DNA from: a virus
Virus record (IMG/VR): IMGVR_UViG_3300020200_000009
Location: 25,744-89,743 of that record
Strand: one strand, 5' to 3'
Length of the DNA: 64,000 nt
Shown here: positions 47,813-56,721 of the stretch, piece after piece
How positions within the stretch are numbered: position 1 is the stretch's first letter
How the letters are laid out: the number at the start of each line of letters is the position of its first letter
The notes under the pieces: model-generated
Database searches by the model: none
Told to the model about the DNA's origin: nothing
What the model saw: the letters and a program-made list of their open reading frames with translations, nothing else
Made by a program: the position numbers and the translations under genes

Positions 47813-49269
47813 TTACTATTGTAAAGAAGAACGAAATCTATTTAAAGGTCGAAAGTGAGCAACATATCCATAAGGAATTGAGTGAGCACTTTTCGTTTGA
47901 TGTGCCTGGTGCAAAATTCATGCCACAATATAAATCCCGTGTATGGGATGGAAAGATTCGTTTATACTCTCCTGGCACAGGAGAAATATATGTGGGTCTT
48001 TATGATTATCTTATTGAGTATCTAGAAAATAAAGGGTATGAATATGTTATTCAACACAGTAAGTTTTATGGAATTCCCAATGAAACTGACGAATCTATTA
48101 CACCTGAAAATGTTGCATCTTTTGTTAGGTCTTTAAATCTACCCTTTAAGATCAGAGACTACCAACTTAAAGCACTTTTCTCTGCACTTAGAGACAATAG
48201 AAAATTATTATTATCACCTACAGGGTCTGGAAAATCTCTAATTATTTACACCCTAGTGCGTTGGCACTTGCAGCATGATAGAAATATTCTTATCATTGTG
48301 CCTACAACATCTCTAGTTTCGCAATTAAAGAAAGACTTCAATGACTATGGGTGGTATGCTGACCACTACTGTCATGAAATTATGGCAGGTAGAGATAAGT
48401 ATACACATAAAGAAGTTGTTATTTCAACATGGCAATCTATCTACAAAGAGCCTCGCAAATTCTTTGAAAGGTTTGATGTGATAATTGGAGATGAAGCACA
48501 CCTTTATAAAGCAAAAAGTCTGTCAGGCATTCTCACAAAATGCCATGATGCAAAGTATAGAGTCGGGCTGACAGGCACCTTGGATGGAATGCACACGCAT
48601 CAACTTGTACTTGAGGGGTTGTTTGGTCGGTGCGACAAGGTGACGAGTACTGCTGCGTTGATGCAGAAGGGACAATTGACTCCTCTAAAGGTAAAGATTC
48701 TTCTGTTGAAGCATGGTTATGTTCCATTTGATTATTATCAACAAGAGATGGATTATATAGTATCCCATCCTTCACGAAACAATCTAATTTGTAACCTTGC
48801 GAAAGATTTAAATGGAAATACATTGATACTATTTAACTATATCGAGAAGCACGGAGACCCCTTATGGGAATTGCTAAATAGTAAAGTCAGTGGGGACCGC
48901 AAAATATTTTTTATTCACGGCGGAGTTGATGCAGTCCAAAGGGAAGAAGCAAGACAAATTTGCGAAACAGAAAAGGATGCTATTATCCTTGCATCATATG
49001 GTACTTTTTCTACAGGTATTAATATTCGTAACCTACATAATATAATTTTTGCATCTCCATCAAAATCGAGAGTAAGAAATCTTCAATCGATTGGACGGGT
49101 TTTGAGAAAGGGTGATAATAAAGCACAGGCTATATTATATGATATTGCCGACGACTGCTCTAGAAATTCCTCTCACAATTATACACTTCGACATCTCATT
49201 GAAAGAATGAAAATATATGACGAAGAAAAATTTGATTATGAAATCACCAAAGTCAATCTAAAAAAATGA
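47809..49269 (+). CDS. uvsW: SF2 DNA/RNA-DNA helicase UvsW
   Basis: WDGKIRL, SPTGSGKS, DEAH, GLTGT, QSIGRVLR. Confidence 0.96.
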   Translation: MITIVKKNEIYLKVESEQHIHKELSEHFSFDVPGAKFMPQYKSRVWDGKIRLYSPGTGEIYVGLYDYLIEYLENKGYEYVIQHSKFYGIPNETDESITPENVASFVRSLNLPFKIRDYQLKALFSALRDNRKLLLSPTGSGKSLIIYTLVRWHLQHDRNILIIVPTTSLVSQLKKDFNDYGWYADHYCHEIMAGRDKYTHKEVVISTWQSIYKEPRKFFERFDVIIGDEAHLYKAKSLSGILTKCHDAKYRVGLTGTLDGMHTHQLVLEGLFGRCDKVTSTAALMQKGQLTPLKVKILLLKHGYVPFDYYQQEMDYIVSHPSRNNLICNLAKDLNGNTLILFNYIEKHGDPLWELLNSKVSGDRKIFFIHGGVDAVQREEARQICETEKDAIILASYGTFSTGINIRNLHNIIFASPSKSRVRNLQSIGRVLRKGDNKAQAILYDIADDCSRNSSHNYTLRHLIERMKIYDEEKFDYEITKVNLKK

Positions 49270-49697
49270 TTAATTACATTCGCCACGATAACGAATTCTA
49301 TGGTAGTTTAAAGTTGACCTCAGGAGAAGAAGTCCTAGGAGAAATGTTTGCTGTAGAAGAAGATGGTATGTCAGTGTTTTATATTTCAAACCCTGTTTCT
49401 GCACATATGCATCAAGTTGAAAGAGATGGTCAACTTAGCATGGCAGCAGGATTTGTGAAGTGGCAACTTTGGTCTGATGAAGAATTTTTTATTGTCAAAG
49501 AACCAGACATCATTACTTGTGCGCCAATGTCTCAAGAAGCAGTTATGATGTATAAATTATGGTGGAGAAAAGAAAGCGGAAAAAACGATAGTGAAACTAA
49601 TGATAGTTACTCTATAGATATGAATGAAAATATGGGGTTAGTCGGTAAAGTTTCAGAAGCTCGTATTAAACTAGAAGATATTTTTAAGAACTCATAG
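49266..49697 (+). CDS. Conserved cyanophage hypothetical protein (Sm-like KL.SGEE motif)
   Basis: EFYGSLKLTSGEEV; usual gene between uvsW and gp55. Confidence 0.75.
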   Translation: MINYIRHDNEFYGSLKLTSGEEVLGEMFAVEEDGMSVFYISNPVSAHMHQVERDGQLSMAAGFVKWQLWSDEEFFIVKEPDIITCAPMSQEAVMMYKLWWRKESGKNDSETNDSYSIDMNENMGLVGKVSEARIKLEDIFKNS

Positions 49698-49707
49698 AGG
49701 TAACTTT

Positions 49708-49753
49708 CAACCCTGACATGGTTGATTATAATTACTTTTATTCTGTATGTCAA
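49708..49753 (-). promoter_or_regulatory. Perfect sigma70-type promoter on the minus strand followed by CAACC-N7-GGTTG palindrome (copy 2)
   Basis: Minus strand reads TTGACA(49753-49748)-tacagaataaaagtaat(17 nt)-TATAAT(49730-49725)-CAACCatgtcagGGTTG(49724-49708). Confidence 0.85.
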
Positions 49754-49755
49754 CC

Positions 49756-49784
49756 TTGACATATCGTGAAGAATATTATATTAT
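49756..49784 (+). promoter_or_regulatory. Sigma70-type promoter for gp55
   Basis: TTGACA(49756-49761)-17 nt-TATTAT(49779-49784). Confidence 0.8.
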
Positions 49785-49809
49785 TATTTGGTGACCAAGT
49801 TATCGGCAT

Positions 49810-50289
49810 ATGTATACTTTAATGAGCGTTAAGAAAAAACAACACTACGTAGATAACAAACAATTTCTTGACGAGATAGTTAAGTATCGCCAAGCGGTTG
49901 ACGCTGCAAAAAAATTAGATAAACCAAAACCACGTATCAGTAGGTATATTGGAGACTGTTTTTTGAAGATAGCAACTCACCTGTCATATCGCCCTAACTT
50001 CATTAACTACATGTATAAAGAGGATATGATTTCAGACGGTGTGGAAAATTGTGTCCAGTATATAGATAATTTTGACCCAGCAAAATCAACAAATCCATTT
50101 GCATATTTTACTCAAATTGTGTATTATGCTTTTTTACGTAGGATTGCCAAAGAGAAGCGTCAAATGGATATCAGAGATAAGTTAATTGAGAAGAATGGTT
50201 ACGACCAAGTATTCCATTCAGATACAAACGAGGACTCGTCAGAACTTAATTCAATTAAGAGTCGTATTGAAACTAGCATGAGATATTGA
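49810..50289 (+). CDS. gp55: Late-transcription sigma factor gp55
   Basis: HYVDNKQF, YIGDCFLKIA.HLSYRPNF.NY...DMISDG.ENC, NPFAYFTQI.YYAFLRRI.KEK. Confidence 0.96.
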   Translation: MYTLMSVKKKQHYVDNKQFLDEIVKYRQAVDAAKKLDKPKPRISRYIGDCFLKIATHLSYRPNFINYMYKEDMISDGVENCVQYIDNFDPAKSTNPFAYFTQIVYYAFLRRIAKEKRQMDIRDKLIEKNGYDQVFHSDTNEDSSELNSIKSRIETSMRY

Positions 50290-50295
50290 TACTAA

Positions 50296-50355
50296 GTGTG
50301 CCAGTTGATAAACTGTCTACTAAATAAATCAAAACTCTATGAAACGGTTTATAGT
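50296..50355 (+). promoter_or_regulatory. Cyanomyophage early-type promoter (upstream imperfect palindrome plus -10)
   Basis: GTGTGCCAGTTGATAAACTGTCTAC; TATAGT starts at 50350, 49 nt after CCAGTT (50301). Confidence 0.7.
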
Positions 50356-50521
50356 AACTTTGTTATTCAATGATGGGACACTGACCAATTACATAATTGA
50401 CTCATATGCTTCAGAGTGGCTTGTACTCCATTCTCAAATAGCACATAAAGAAAATATTAAATCATATTCAATTATTGATTCCTCTCGTCTTAAATTCTAT
50501 GAAAATCCTCTTAATTACTGA
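50339..50521 (+). CDS. 60-aa hypothetical ORF (uncertain)
   Basis: Fills the gp55-gp47 gap after a CTAAATA motif, but overlaps the -10 box of the early-type promoter. Confidence 0.35.
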   Translation: MKRFIVTLLFNDGTLTNYIIDSYASEWLVLHSQIAHKENIKSYSIIDSSRLKFYENPLNY

Positions 50522-51533
50522 CCAACATTTCGGAGTTAGAAATGATAATCAGTTTTTTGTGGAGAGATATAGACGCTTTTATGATACTGTAGTTATTCCA
50601 TATATTGATGAGCATAGTATTACTCACGTAATTTGCCTTGGTGATACGTTCGACCGTAGGAAAAGTATTAACTTTTCTTCTCTTGCTGCTGCCAAAGAGA
50701 TGTGGTTTGACCAATTAGCATCACGAGGTGTTACCTTGACTATGCTCTGTGGCAATCATGACATTTACTATAAGAATACTTTAAAGATTAATGCTCCTAG
50801 TCTTCTTTTATCTGAGTATTCCAACGTAGATATCATAGACCATCCTACCCAATGCTCAGTCGGGGGAGTCCCTACTCTTCTGTTACCTTGGATTTGTGAT
50901 GAAAATAGAGCAGAGACAATGCAAAAGATGTCTAAGACAGATGCACGACTTTGCCTTGGACATCTAGAACTAAATGGATTTGAAGCAATCCCTGGACATA
51001 AAATGGAGCATGGGGATGACCCAGATATTTTTTCCCAGTTTGAGTTAGTATGTTCTGGGCATTTTCACATGAGAAGTCGTAAAGCAAATATTCAATATCT
51101 CGGTAATCCCTACCAATTATACTGGAATGATTACGGTCAAACTAGAGGGTTTCATATCCTAAATACTGAGGATCTCTCCCTAGAGTTTGTGAGTAATCCT
51201 TATAATACATTTAACAAACTTTATTATAAAAATAATCTTAAACTTACAGAGAAACATCTTAGTCAACTTAGAGGCACATATGTAAAGTTAATTGTTGAAG
51301 ATAAAATTGACCAAGTTAAGTTTGATAAAACGGTAAGAATTTTACAGTCAGCAAATCTTGCTGACCTTAAAATCGTAGAAGATGTAACCTATGATTTGGG
51401 AGAGGTTGATTGTGAAGGGATGGAAATTGAGGATACTTTAAGTATTTTAGAAAAATGTGTTGCAGAATTTAGTAATAAGGATTCAATTTTTGGTATTTTA
51501 AAATCTTTATATGTAGAAGCGCAGGAGGTGTGA
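50499..51533 (+). CDS. gp47: Recombination endonuclease gp47 (Mre11/SbcD-like)
   Basis: ITDQHFG, LGDTFD, GNHD, GHLE, SGHFH metallophosphoesterase motifs. Confidence 0.95.
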   Translation: MKILLITDQHFGVRNDNQFFVERYRRFYDTVVIPYIDEHSITHVICLGDTFDRRKSINFSSLAAAKEMWFDQLASRGVTLTMLCGNHDIYYKNTLKINAPSLLLSEYSNVDIIDHPTQCSVGGVPTLLLPWICDENRAETMQKMSKTDARLCLGHLELNGFEAIPGHKMEHGDDPDIFSQFELVCSGHFHMRSRKANIQYLGNPYQLYWNDYGQTRGFHILNTEDLSLEFVSNPYNTFNKLYYKNNLKLTEKHLSQLRGTYVKLIVEDKIDQVKFDKTVRILQSANLADLKIVEDVTYDLGEVDCEGMEIEDTLSILEKCVAEFSNKDSIFGILKSLYVEAQEV

Positions 51534-51794
51534 GTGTACGTTTTACTCGATAAACAGACTGGCGGTGTCTATGCCGTAAGAGATGACGAAACCGTTGAGA
51601 GAGTCGTCCAGTTGTTTCTTGACAAAGACGATGCAACTCGCTATTATGATATGCTACTAGCAACTGATTACCCAAGAATTTTGGAGGTTGCTGAGGTAGA
51701 AGAAGATGCTGTTAAAGACAACTGCAGACAATACGGTTATCTTTTTACAGTAATTACACCTGACGATTTTGTTATCCCACCCCCACACACATGA
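51534..51794 (+). CDS. DUF3110-like small protein (GTG start)
   Basis: GGAGG SD; GVYAV...F..KDDA.RY..LL.A.D.P...C..YGY...IPP pattern recalled from cyanobacterial DUF3110. Confidence 0.65.
   Translation: MYVLLDKQTGGVYAVRDDETVERVVQLFLDKDDATRYYDMLLATDYPRILEVAEVEEDAVKDNCRQYGYLFTVITPDDFVIPPPHT
51619..51647 (+). promoter_or_regulatory. Intragenic sigma70-type promoter upstream of gp46
   Basis: TTGACA-17 nt-TATTAT. Confidence 0.55.
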
Positions 51795-53509
51795 TTGTAT
51801 TTGAAAATATCCGTTGGAAAAATTTCCTGAGCACAGGAAATGCCATGACGGAAGTTAAACTAAATGATAGTTATTCATCTCTTATTGTGGGTCAGAATGG
51901 TGCTGGTAAGTCCACGATTCTAGATGCATTGTGTTTTGTTTTATTTAATAAACCGTTTCGTAAAATTAATAAACCACAACTCGTAAATAGTATCAACGAA
52001 AGAGAATGTGTAGTTGAGATAGAATTTAAAATTGGCACAGTAAACTATAAGGTTGTCCGTGGTATCAAACCTAATATCTTTGAGATTTATAGGAATCAAA
52101 CTCTCATCGATCAAGATGCTGCAAACAGAGATTATCAAAAATATCTAGAGCAATCAATTCTCAAATTTAATTTTAAGTCTTTCACTCAAGTTGTTATTCT
52201 TGGGAGTAGCACTTTTGTTCCTTTCATGCAACTTCCTGCTGCTCATCGAAGAGAAGTTATTGAAGACCTTCTTGACATTCAAATCTTTTCACGGATGAAT
52301 ACTATCCTTAAAGATAGAATAAAAGATACAAAAGATTCTGTGACTCTATGTAATCATAATTTAAAACTTGCTGAGCAAAAAGTAAATATGCAACGCAACT
52401 CAATTGCAAATCTTGAGAAATTGAATAGCGATCATATATCTAATCTTCAAGCAAAGTTTACTTCTAATGAGCAAAGGTATAGTGATAATATTCAGAGAAT
52501 TTCTGCCGTTGATAGTCAGATTGAAAACTTGACTACATTAGTTGCAGATTTAGATGCTATGGAATCTAAGACCGAATCTCTAAAAGACATGCGCTCTAAG
52601 ATTCAACAAAATTTAAAGAAGGCAGTTAGTGATATTAATTTTTATCAAGACAATGATGTATGCCCGACTTGCTCTCAGACTCTTCATGCTGACCATAAGC
52701 ACGAAAAGATAGATGAGTCTATTAAAAAAGAGAGAAAGTTTCGTGAGGGAATGGCACAGATTACTGATAATATTAATGATATAAATTCAAAACTCAAACA
52801 GTGCAAAGAATATCAAAATGAAATCACCAGCCTACACCATCAAATTGCTGGATGGAATCGAGAGAATAGCAAAATTCTAAAAGATAATAAAGAAATTATA
52901 GAGCATGTTAATAAAGAAACTCCAGATATTAATAACGAGAAACGAATCCTATCTAACTATGAAAAAGATTTAAGCACTACTGAGAAAGCATGTGCAGAAA
53001 TCAACATTGAGTATAAAAATCTAATGACAGTTGCTGCGTTGTTGAAGGACGGCGGTATTAAAAGTCAGATCATTAAAAAGTATATTCCTGCAATTAATAC
53101 ACAGATTAATAAATATTTACAGTCTATGGATTTCTTCGTTGGGTTTACTCTCGACGAAGAGTTTAATGAGATTATCAAGTCTCGTTTTCGCGATGAGTTT
53201 TCTTATGCATCTTTTTCTGAAGGTGAAAAGCAGAAGATTGATTTGGCACTTCTCTTTACCTGGAGAGATATTGCCAAGATGAAAAACTCTGCTTCTACAA
53301 ATCTTTTGATTTTAGATGAAGTATTTGATTCTTCTCTTGATATTTCTGCAACAGATGAATTAATGAAAATTCTTAAGGGGCTTGACAAGACCACCAATCT
53401 GTTTGTAATCTCCCATAAGGGAGAGCAGATGCTAGACAAGTTTGATGCTACTCTTAAGTTTGAGAAAGTCAATGATTTCTCCAAGGTTACCAACGATGAA
53501 AATTCCTAA
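51791..53509 (+). CDS. gp46: Recombination ATPase gp46 (Rad50/SbcC-like)
   Basis: WKNFLSTGN, GQNGAGKST, CPTC zinc hook, FSEGEK signature, LILDEVFD, VISH. Confidence 0.97.
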   Translation: MIVFENIRWKNFLSTGNAMTEVKLNDSYSSLIVGQNGAGKSTILDALCFVLFNKPFRKINKPQLVNSINERECVVEIEFKIGTVNYKVVRGIKPNIFEIYRNQTLIDQDAANRDYQKYLEQSILKFNFKSFTQVVILGSSTFVPFMQLPAAHRREVIEDLLDIQIFSRMNTILKDRIKDTKDSVTLCNHNLKLAEQKVNMQRNSIANLEKLNSDHISNLQAKFTSNEQRYSDNIQRISAVDSQIENLTTLVADLDAMESKTESLKDMRSKIQQNLKKAVSDINFYQDNDVCPTCSQTLHADHKHEKIDESIKKERKFREGMAQITDNINDINSKLKQCKEYQNEITSLHHQIAGWNRENSKILKDNKEIIEHVNKETPDINNEKRILSNYEKDLSTTEKACAEINIEYKNLMTVAALLKDGGIKSQIIKKYIPAINTQINKYLQSMDFFVGFTLDEEFNEIIKSRFRDEFSYASFSEGEKQKIDLALLFTWRDIAKMKNSASTNLLILDEVFDSSLDISATDELMKILKGLDKTTNLFVISHKGEQMLDKFDATLKFEKVNDFSKVTNDENS

Positions 53510-53681
53510 CTGGCAACACCATTCCAAAAAAGACCAAAAACGTCACCTTAAACCCCAAGCATTGCGACAAGCACGTGCTAGACGTAACCAGTTGAAAAAG
53601 CGTCTACTCGGACCCTCTGGACCCTCCAGGGGGTCTTACAGTATGGTTACCCACAGCAACCCCTCCTATGTTCACCAGTGA
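53496..53681 (+). CDS. Small basic conserved cyanophage protein
   Basis: Start MKIPNWQHHSKKDQKRHLKPQALRQARARR at 53496. Confidence 0.7.
   Translation: MKIPNWQHHSKKDQKRHLKPQALRQARARRNQLKKRLLGPSGPSRGSYSMVTHSNPSYVHQ
53587..53642 (+). promoter_or_regulatory. Early-type promoter motif (copy 2)
   Basis: ACCAGTTGAAAAAGCGTCTAC; TACAGT starts at 53637, 49 nt after CCAGTT (53588). Confidence 0.55.
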
Positions 53682-55788
53682 AGTTAAAGGACAACTAGCA
53701 AAACTACTTGCTTCTGAAAACCTCATTATTGAGCATCGAAGCATAGAGACCGCTTGCTTTGACGTGCATCGACGTGTCCTGACTCTCCCTATCTGGGAAA
53801 CTACTGAGTATGTGTATAATCTGTTGGTAGGTCATGAAGTTGGTCATGCTCTCTTTACCCCTGATATTGTTTTCGAAGGTAAAGTGCCGAAGTCTTATAT
53901 CAATGTGACTGAAGATGCTCGTGTAGAGAAACTGATGAAGCGTAAGTTCCCAGGACTTGCTAAAGATTTTTATATCGGATACAAACAGTTGAATGAGTCT
54001 GACTTCTTTGGTATCAATAAACTTGAAATCGAAAAACTTAAACTCATCGATCGCATCAATATGCATTTCAAACTTGGAAGTGTGCGTATGATGCCCTTCT
54101 TGAATGACGTTGAAGTTTCTCTACGTGATGCAGTTGGTGCTGCTGAAACTTTTGATGAGGCATCTGCTGCTGCTCTGGCAATCTTCAAATATGAAAAGGA
54201 GCAACAAGAAAAGGAAAAACAATCTACAAATCAAAAGGGAAATACTGAAGATCTTCAGATTAATCAAAACAACAGCACAGGCACTACTGGTGATAACTAC
54301 GATAGTGAAGAAGATGCTGAGTCTGAGTCTTCAGATACAGACTCTTCTCTACAAGGAGAGAGTGATTCTTTCCAAACTTCAGGTGGAGGGATTGACGAAT
54401 CATTGACCGATAAGATGCTTCAGGAAAATCTTGAGAGTATCACTGATACCAATCCGTATACTGAGATACTATATCTAGAAGTGCCGAAGGTTGACCTCGA
54501 CTATGTTATTGTGAAACCTGAAATTATTTGGGATACTGCACTTAACTATTGGAATGACGATAGTATTAAACATCTTGTAGATTTTCGCCGTGCTGATATT
54601 GAGTATCGTAATTTCAAAACTGAGTGCAATCGTGAGGTTTCTTTCCTTGCTAAAGAGTTTGAAATGAGGAAGTCGGCGTCTGCATACGCCCGCGAGTCTA
54701 TCTCTCGTACTGGTGTATTAGATACCAGTAAACTACATACTTATCGTTACAATGAAGATATCTTCAAGAAAATTACTGTGCGACCTGATGGTAAAAATCA
54801 TGGTTTGATTTTCTTACTTGACTGGTCTGGGTCTATGTCGGATACCATTCATGCTACTTACAAACAACTTCTTTCCCTATGTTTATTTTGTCGTAAGAGC
54901 AGTATTCCGTTTGATGTATATGCATTTGTAAATGATGCAACACATTCTGCAGATAAACAATTTAATAGTGATAAATTTAAAGAGAATGATATCTGTGTGC
55001 CAGAATACTTTCATCTCCTTAATCTTCTAAGCAGCAAACTCAATAATGCAACATTTGATACTTATGCAAAGTATCTCTGGCGAGTTACAATTATGTATTA
55101 CGTACGTAATACTCGTTTGAACATGGGTCCCTTTAACCCCCTGGCAATGGAGATTCCACACTTTATTCCCCCCAATCTTTGTCTCTCTGGCACTCCTCTT
55201 AATGAGGCAGTAACATGTCTAAAATCTGTTATTCCTGCATTCCGTCAGAAGAATAATGTTGAGAAGGTGCATATTTCTCTCTTAACTGATGGTGAAGCAT
55301 GTTGGTCTCAACGTTGGGTTGCTGCACCCTTTGAGGCACGTGATAGACTCTGGAAGCGTCAAGCAGGGGGGCATATCGTTATCCGTAACCGTCAAAATGG
55401 TAGGAGTCATGTTTGCCTAGATAGTAATCGTAACTTGACTAAAACTCTTCTTGAGTATATGAAGTCAGAGTTTCCCGAATGTAACTTTTTAGGATTCCGT
55501 ATTGCATCTACTCGTGAAGTGTATTATTCTATTGATAGATCTGAGTTGGATGAGCGAGTTAATGAAAACCTGAAGAAAGAGTGGGCAAAGAATAAATCTT
55601 GCTGTGCTCCTATCCTTGGTTTTCAAGAAATCTATTTCCTAGCACAAAGCAATCTTGATAATGATACTGAGTTTGTAGTCTCAGAAGACGCTACAAAAAC
55701 ACAAATTAAGAAGGCGTTTCAAAAGTCTCTCAAATCAAAAGCAACTAATAAAAAAATTCTATCGTCGTTTATTGCTCAAATTGCATGA
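53668..55788 (+). CDS. HExxH peptidase-like plus VWA (CobT-like) protein; likely partner of the MoxR-type AAA+ ATPase
   Basis: LAKLLA.ENL, GHEVGHALFTP, NVTEDARVE, MIDAS DWSGSM, LSGTPLNE, LTDGE. Confidence 0.85.
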   Translation: MFTSEVKGQLAKLLASENLIIEHRSIETACFDVHRRVLTLPIWETTEYVYNLLVGHEVGHALFTPDIVFEGKVPKSYINVTEDARVEKLMKRKFPGLAKDFYIGYKQLNESDFFGINKLEIEKLKLIDRINMHFKLGSVRMMPFLNDVEVSLRDAVGAAETFDEASAAALAIFKYEKEQQEKEKQSTNQKGNTEDLQINQNNSTGTTGDNYDSEEDAESESSDTDSSLQGESDSFQTSGGGIDESLTDKMLQENLESITDTNPYTEILYLEVPKVDLDYVIVKPEIIWDTALNYWNDDSIKHLVDFRRADIEYRNFKTECNREVSFLAKEFEMRKSASAYARESISRTGVLDTSKLHTYRYNEDIFKKITVRPDGKNHGLIFLLDWSGSMSDTIHATYKQLLSLCLFCRKSSIPFDVYAFVNDATHSADKQFNSDKFKENDICVPEYFHLLNLLSSKLNNATFDTYAKYLWRVTIMYYVRNTRLNMGPFNPLAMEIPHFIPPNLCLSGTPLNEAVTCLKSVIPAFRQKNNVEKVHISLLTDGEACWSQRWVAAPFEARDRLWKRQAGGHIVIRNRQNGRSHVCLDSNRNLTKTLLEYMKSEFPECNFLGFRIASTREVYYSIDRSELDERVNENLKKEWAKNKSCCAPILGFQEIYFLAQSNLDNDTEFVVSEDATKTQIKKAFQKSLKSKATNKKILSSFIAQIA

Positions 55789-56297
55789 ATATATTTGTTA
55801 CAAATGAAGACCCTGCCTTATCGGCGTATTCACTACCCGATAAGCATATCGTCAAGATGCCCTTAGAATGCTGTCAAATGCTTGCAGTAGTGTACAGTAA
55901 ATGGTATCATAATATTGGACCTATTCTTAAAACAGATGGGTCTTCTTATAAGACAGATAAGGGCGCATTTCGTAACCATCCCTGCACCAAATGGGTTGCT
56001 GCTTCTGACCATAATATTCAGTGGTTAATTCAACATGGTATTGCCCTGTGTGAAGAATATACATATAGATATAATAAATTTCATTCATGTGAGGCTAGTA
56101 TTAGAATGGCAGGATTAATCCACCACGATGGATGTCCTGACGACCATACAGAATTTGTTCGTGCAATGCCTGAGCAGTATAAATTCGATAATAGTATTTC
56201 TACTATTGAAGCTTACAAAAAATATATTGCATCTAAACCTTGGGTGAAAGATAATTATATTAAAAAACCAGAACGTAAACCATATTGGATTGAATAA
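55785..56297 (+). CDS. Pyrimidine-dimer glycosylase/DenV-like family protein
   Basis: MNIF...P..SA..LPDKHIVKM.LE.CQML, NHPCTKW, LCEEYTYRY.K.H, AMP..Y. Confidence 0.75.
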   Translation: MNIFVTNEDPALSAYSLPDKHIVKMPLECCQMLAVVYSKWYHNIGPILKTDGSSYKTDKGAFRNHPCTKWVAASDHNIQWLIQHGIALCEEYTYRYNKFHSCEASIRMAGLIHHDGCPDDHTEFVRAMPEQYKFDNSISTIEAYKKYIASKPWVKDNYIKKPERKPYWIE

Positions 56298-56694
56298 CTT
56301 GAGACACGTGCTTTTTACTTTATATGAGTGTGATGTAAATCTTCTCAACGACCGCATGTTTATTGAAAATCTTTTATATGAGACTTCGCAAGCATGTGGG
56401 TCTACGTTTTTAAATACGGTATCACATCAATTTATTCCACAAGGAATAACAGCAGTTACCTTACTTGCTGAGAGTCATATTAGTATTCATACTTGGCCAG
56501 AGACTGGAATAGCAGTATGTGATATTTTTACTTGTGGAGACCATACTAATCCTATGGCTGGATTTTGGATTATGAAAGAGTCTTTGAAATCTAAAAATGC
56601 TAGACACCGTGAATTTACTAGGTCCGTATCTCCTGTTGTGCCAATTGATGAAGTGGTTTCTACAGTTATCAGTGAGGGCACTACTACCCTATAA
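56290..56694 (+). CDS. speD: S-adenosylmethionine decarboxylase-like proenzyme (TTG start)
   Basis: HQF.PQG.T.V.LLAESHISIHTWPE...DIFTCG pyruvoyl-forming ESH motif. Confidence 0.9.
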   Translation: MNNLRHVLFTLYECDVNLLNDRMFIENLLYETSQACGSTFLNTVSHQFIPQGITAVTLLAESHISIHTWPETGIAVCDIFTCGDHTNPMAGFWIMKESLKSKNARHREFTRSVSPVVPIDEVVSTVISEGTTTL

Positions 56695-56695
56695 T
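56637..56695 (+). promoter_or_regulatory. Early-type promoter motif (copy 3) driving cobS
   Basis: TGTGCCAATTGATGAAGTGGTTTCTAC; TATAAT starts at 56690, 49 nt after CCAATT (56641). Confidence 0.7.
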
Positions 56696-56721
56696 AACTA
56701 TGCAATCGAAACCCCCCAACT

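Noticed and set aside
49684-49719. Leaderless 11-codon ORF (MSGLKVTSMSS) at the start of antisense promoter copy 2
   Set aside because: It is not conserved in copy 1, where the same position reads TTG-TAA.
49704-49724. Minus-strand CAACC...AGGGTTGAAAG resembles the 3' end of cyanobacterial type V-K CRISPR repeats (solitary repeat or RNA anti-CRISPR idea)
   Set aside because: The match is only about 10 nt, copy 1 reads GGGTTGCAAAG, and there is no array or cas gene. Too weak to call, though a comparison with repeat databases would be cheap.
53382-53411. TTGACA-18 nt-TAATCT near the end of gp46
   Set aside because: Spacing and -10 are suboptimal; it could be chance in AT-rich DNA.
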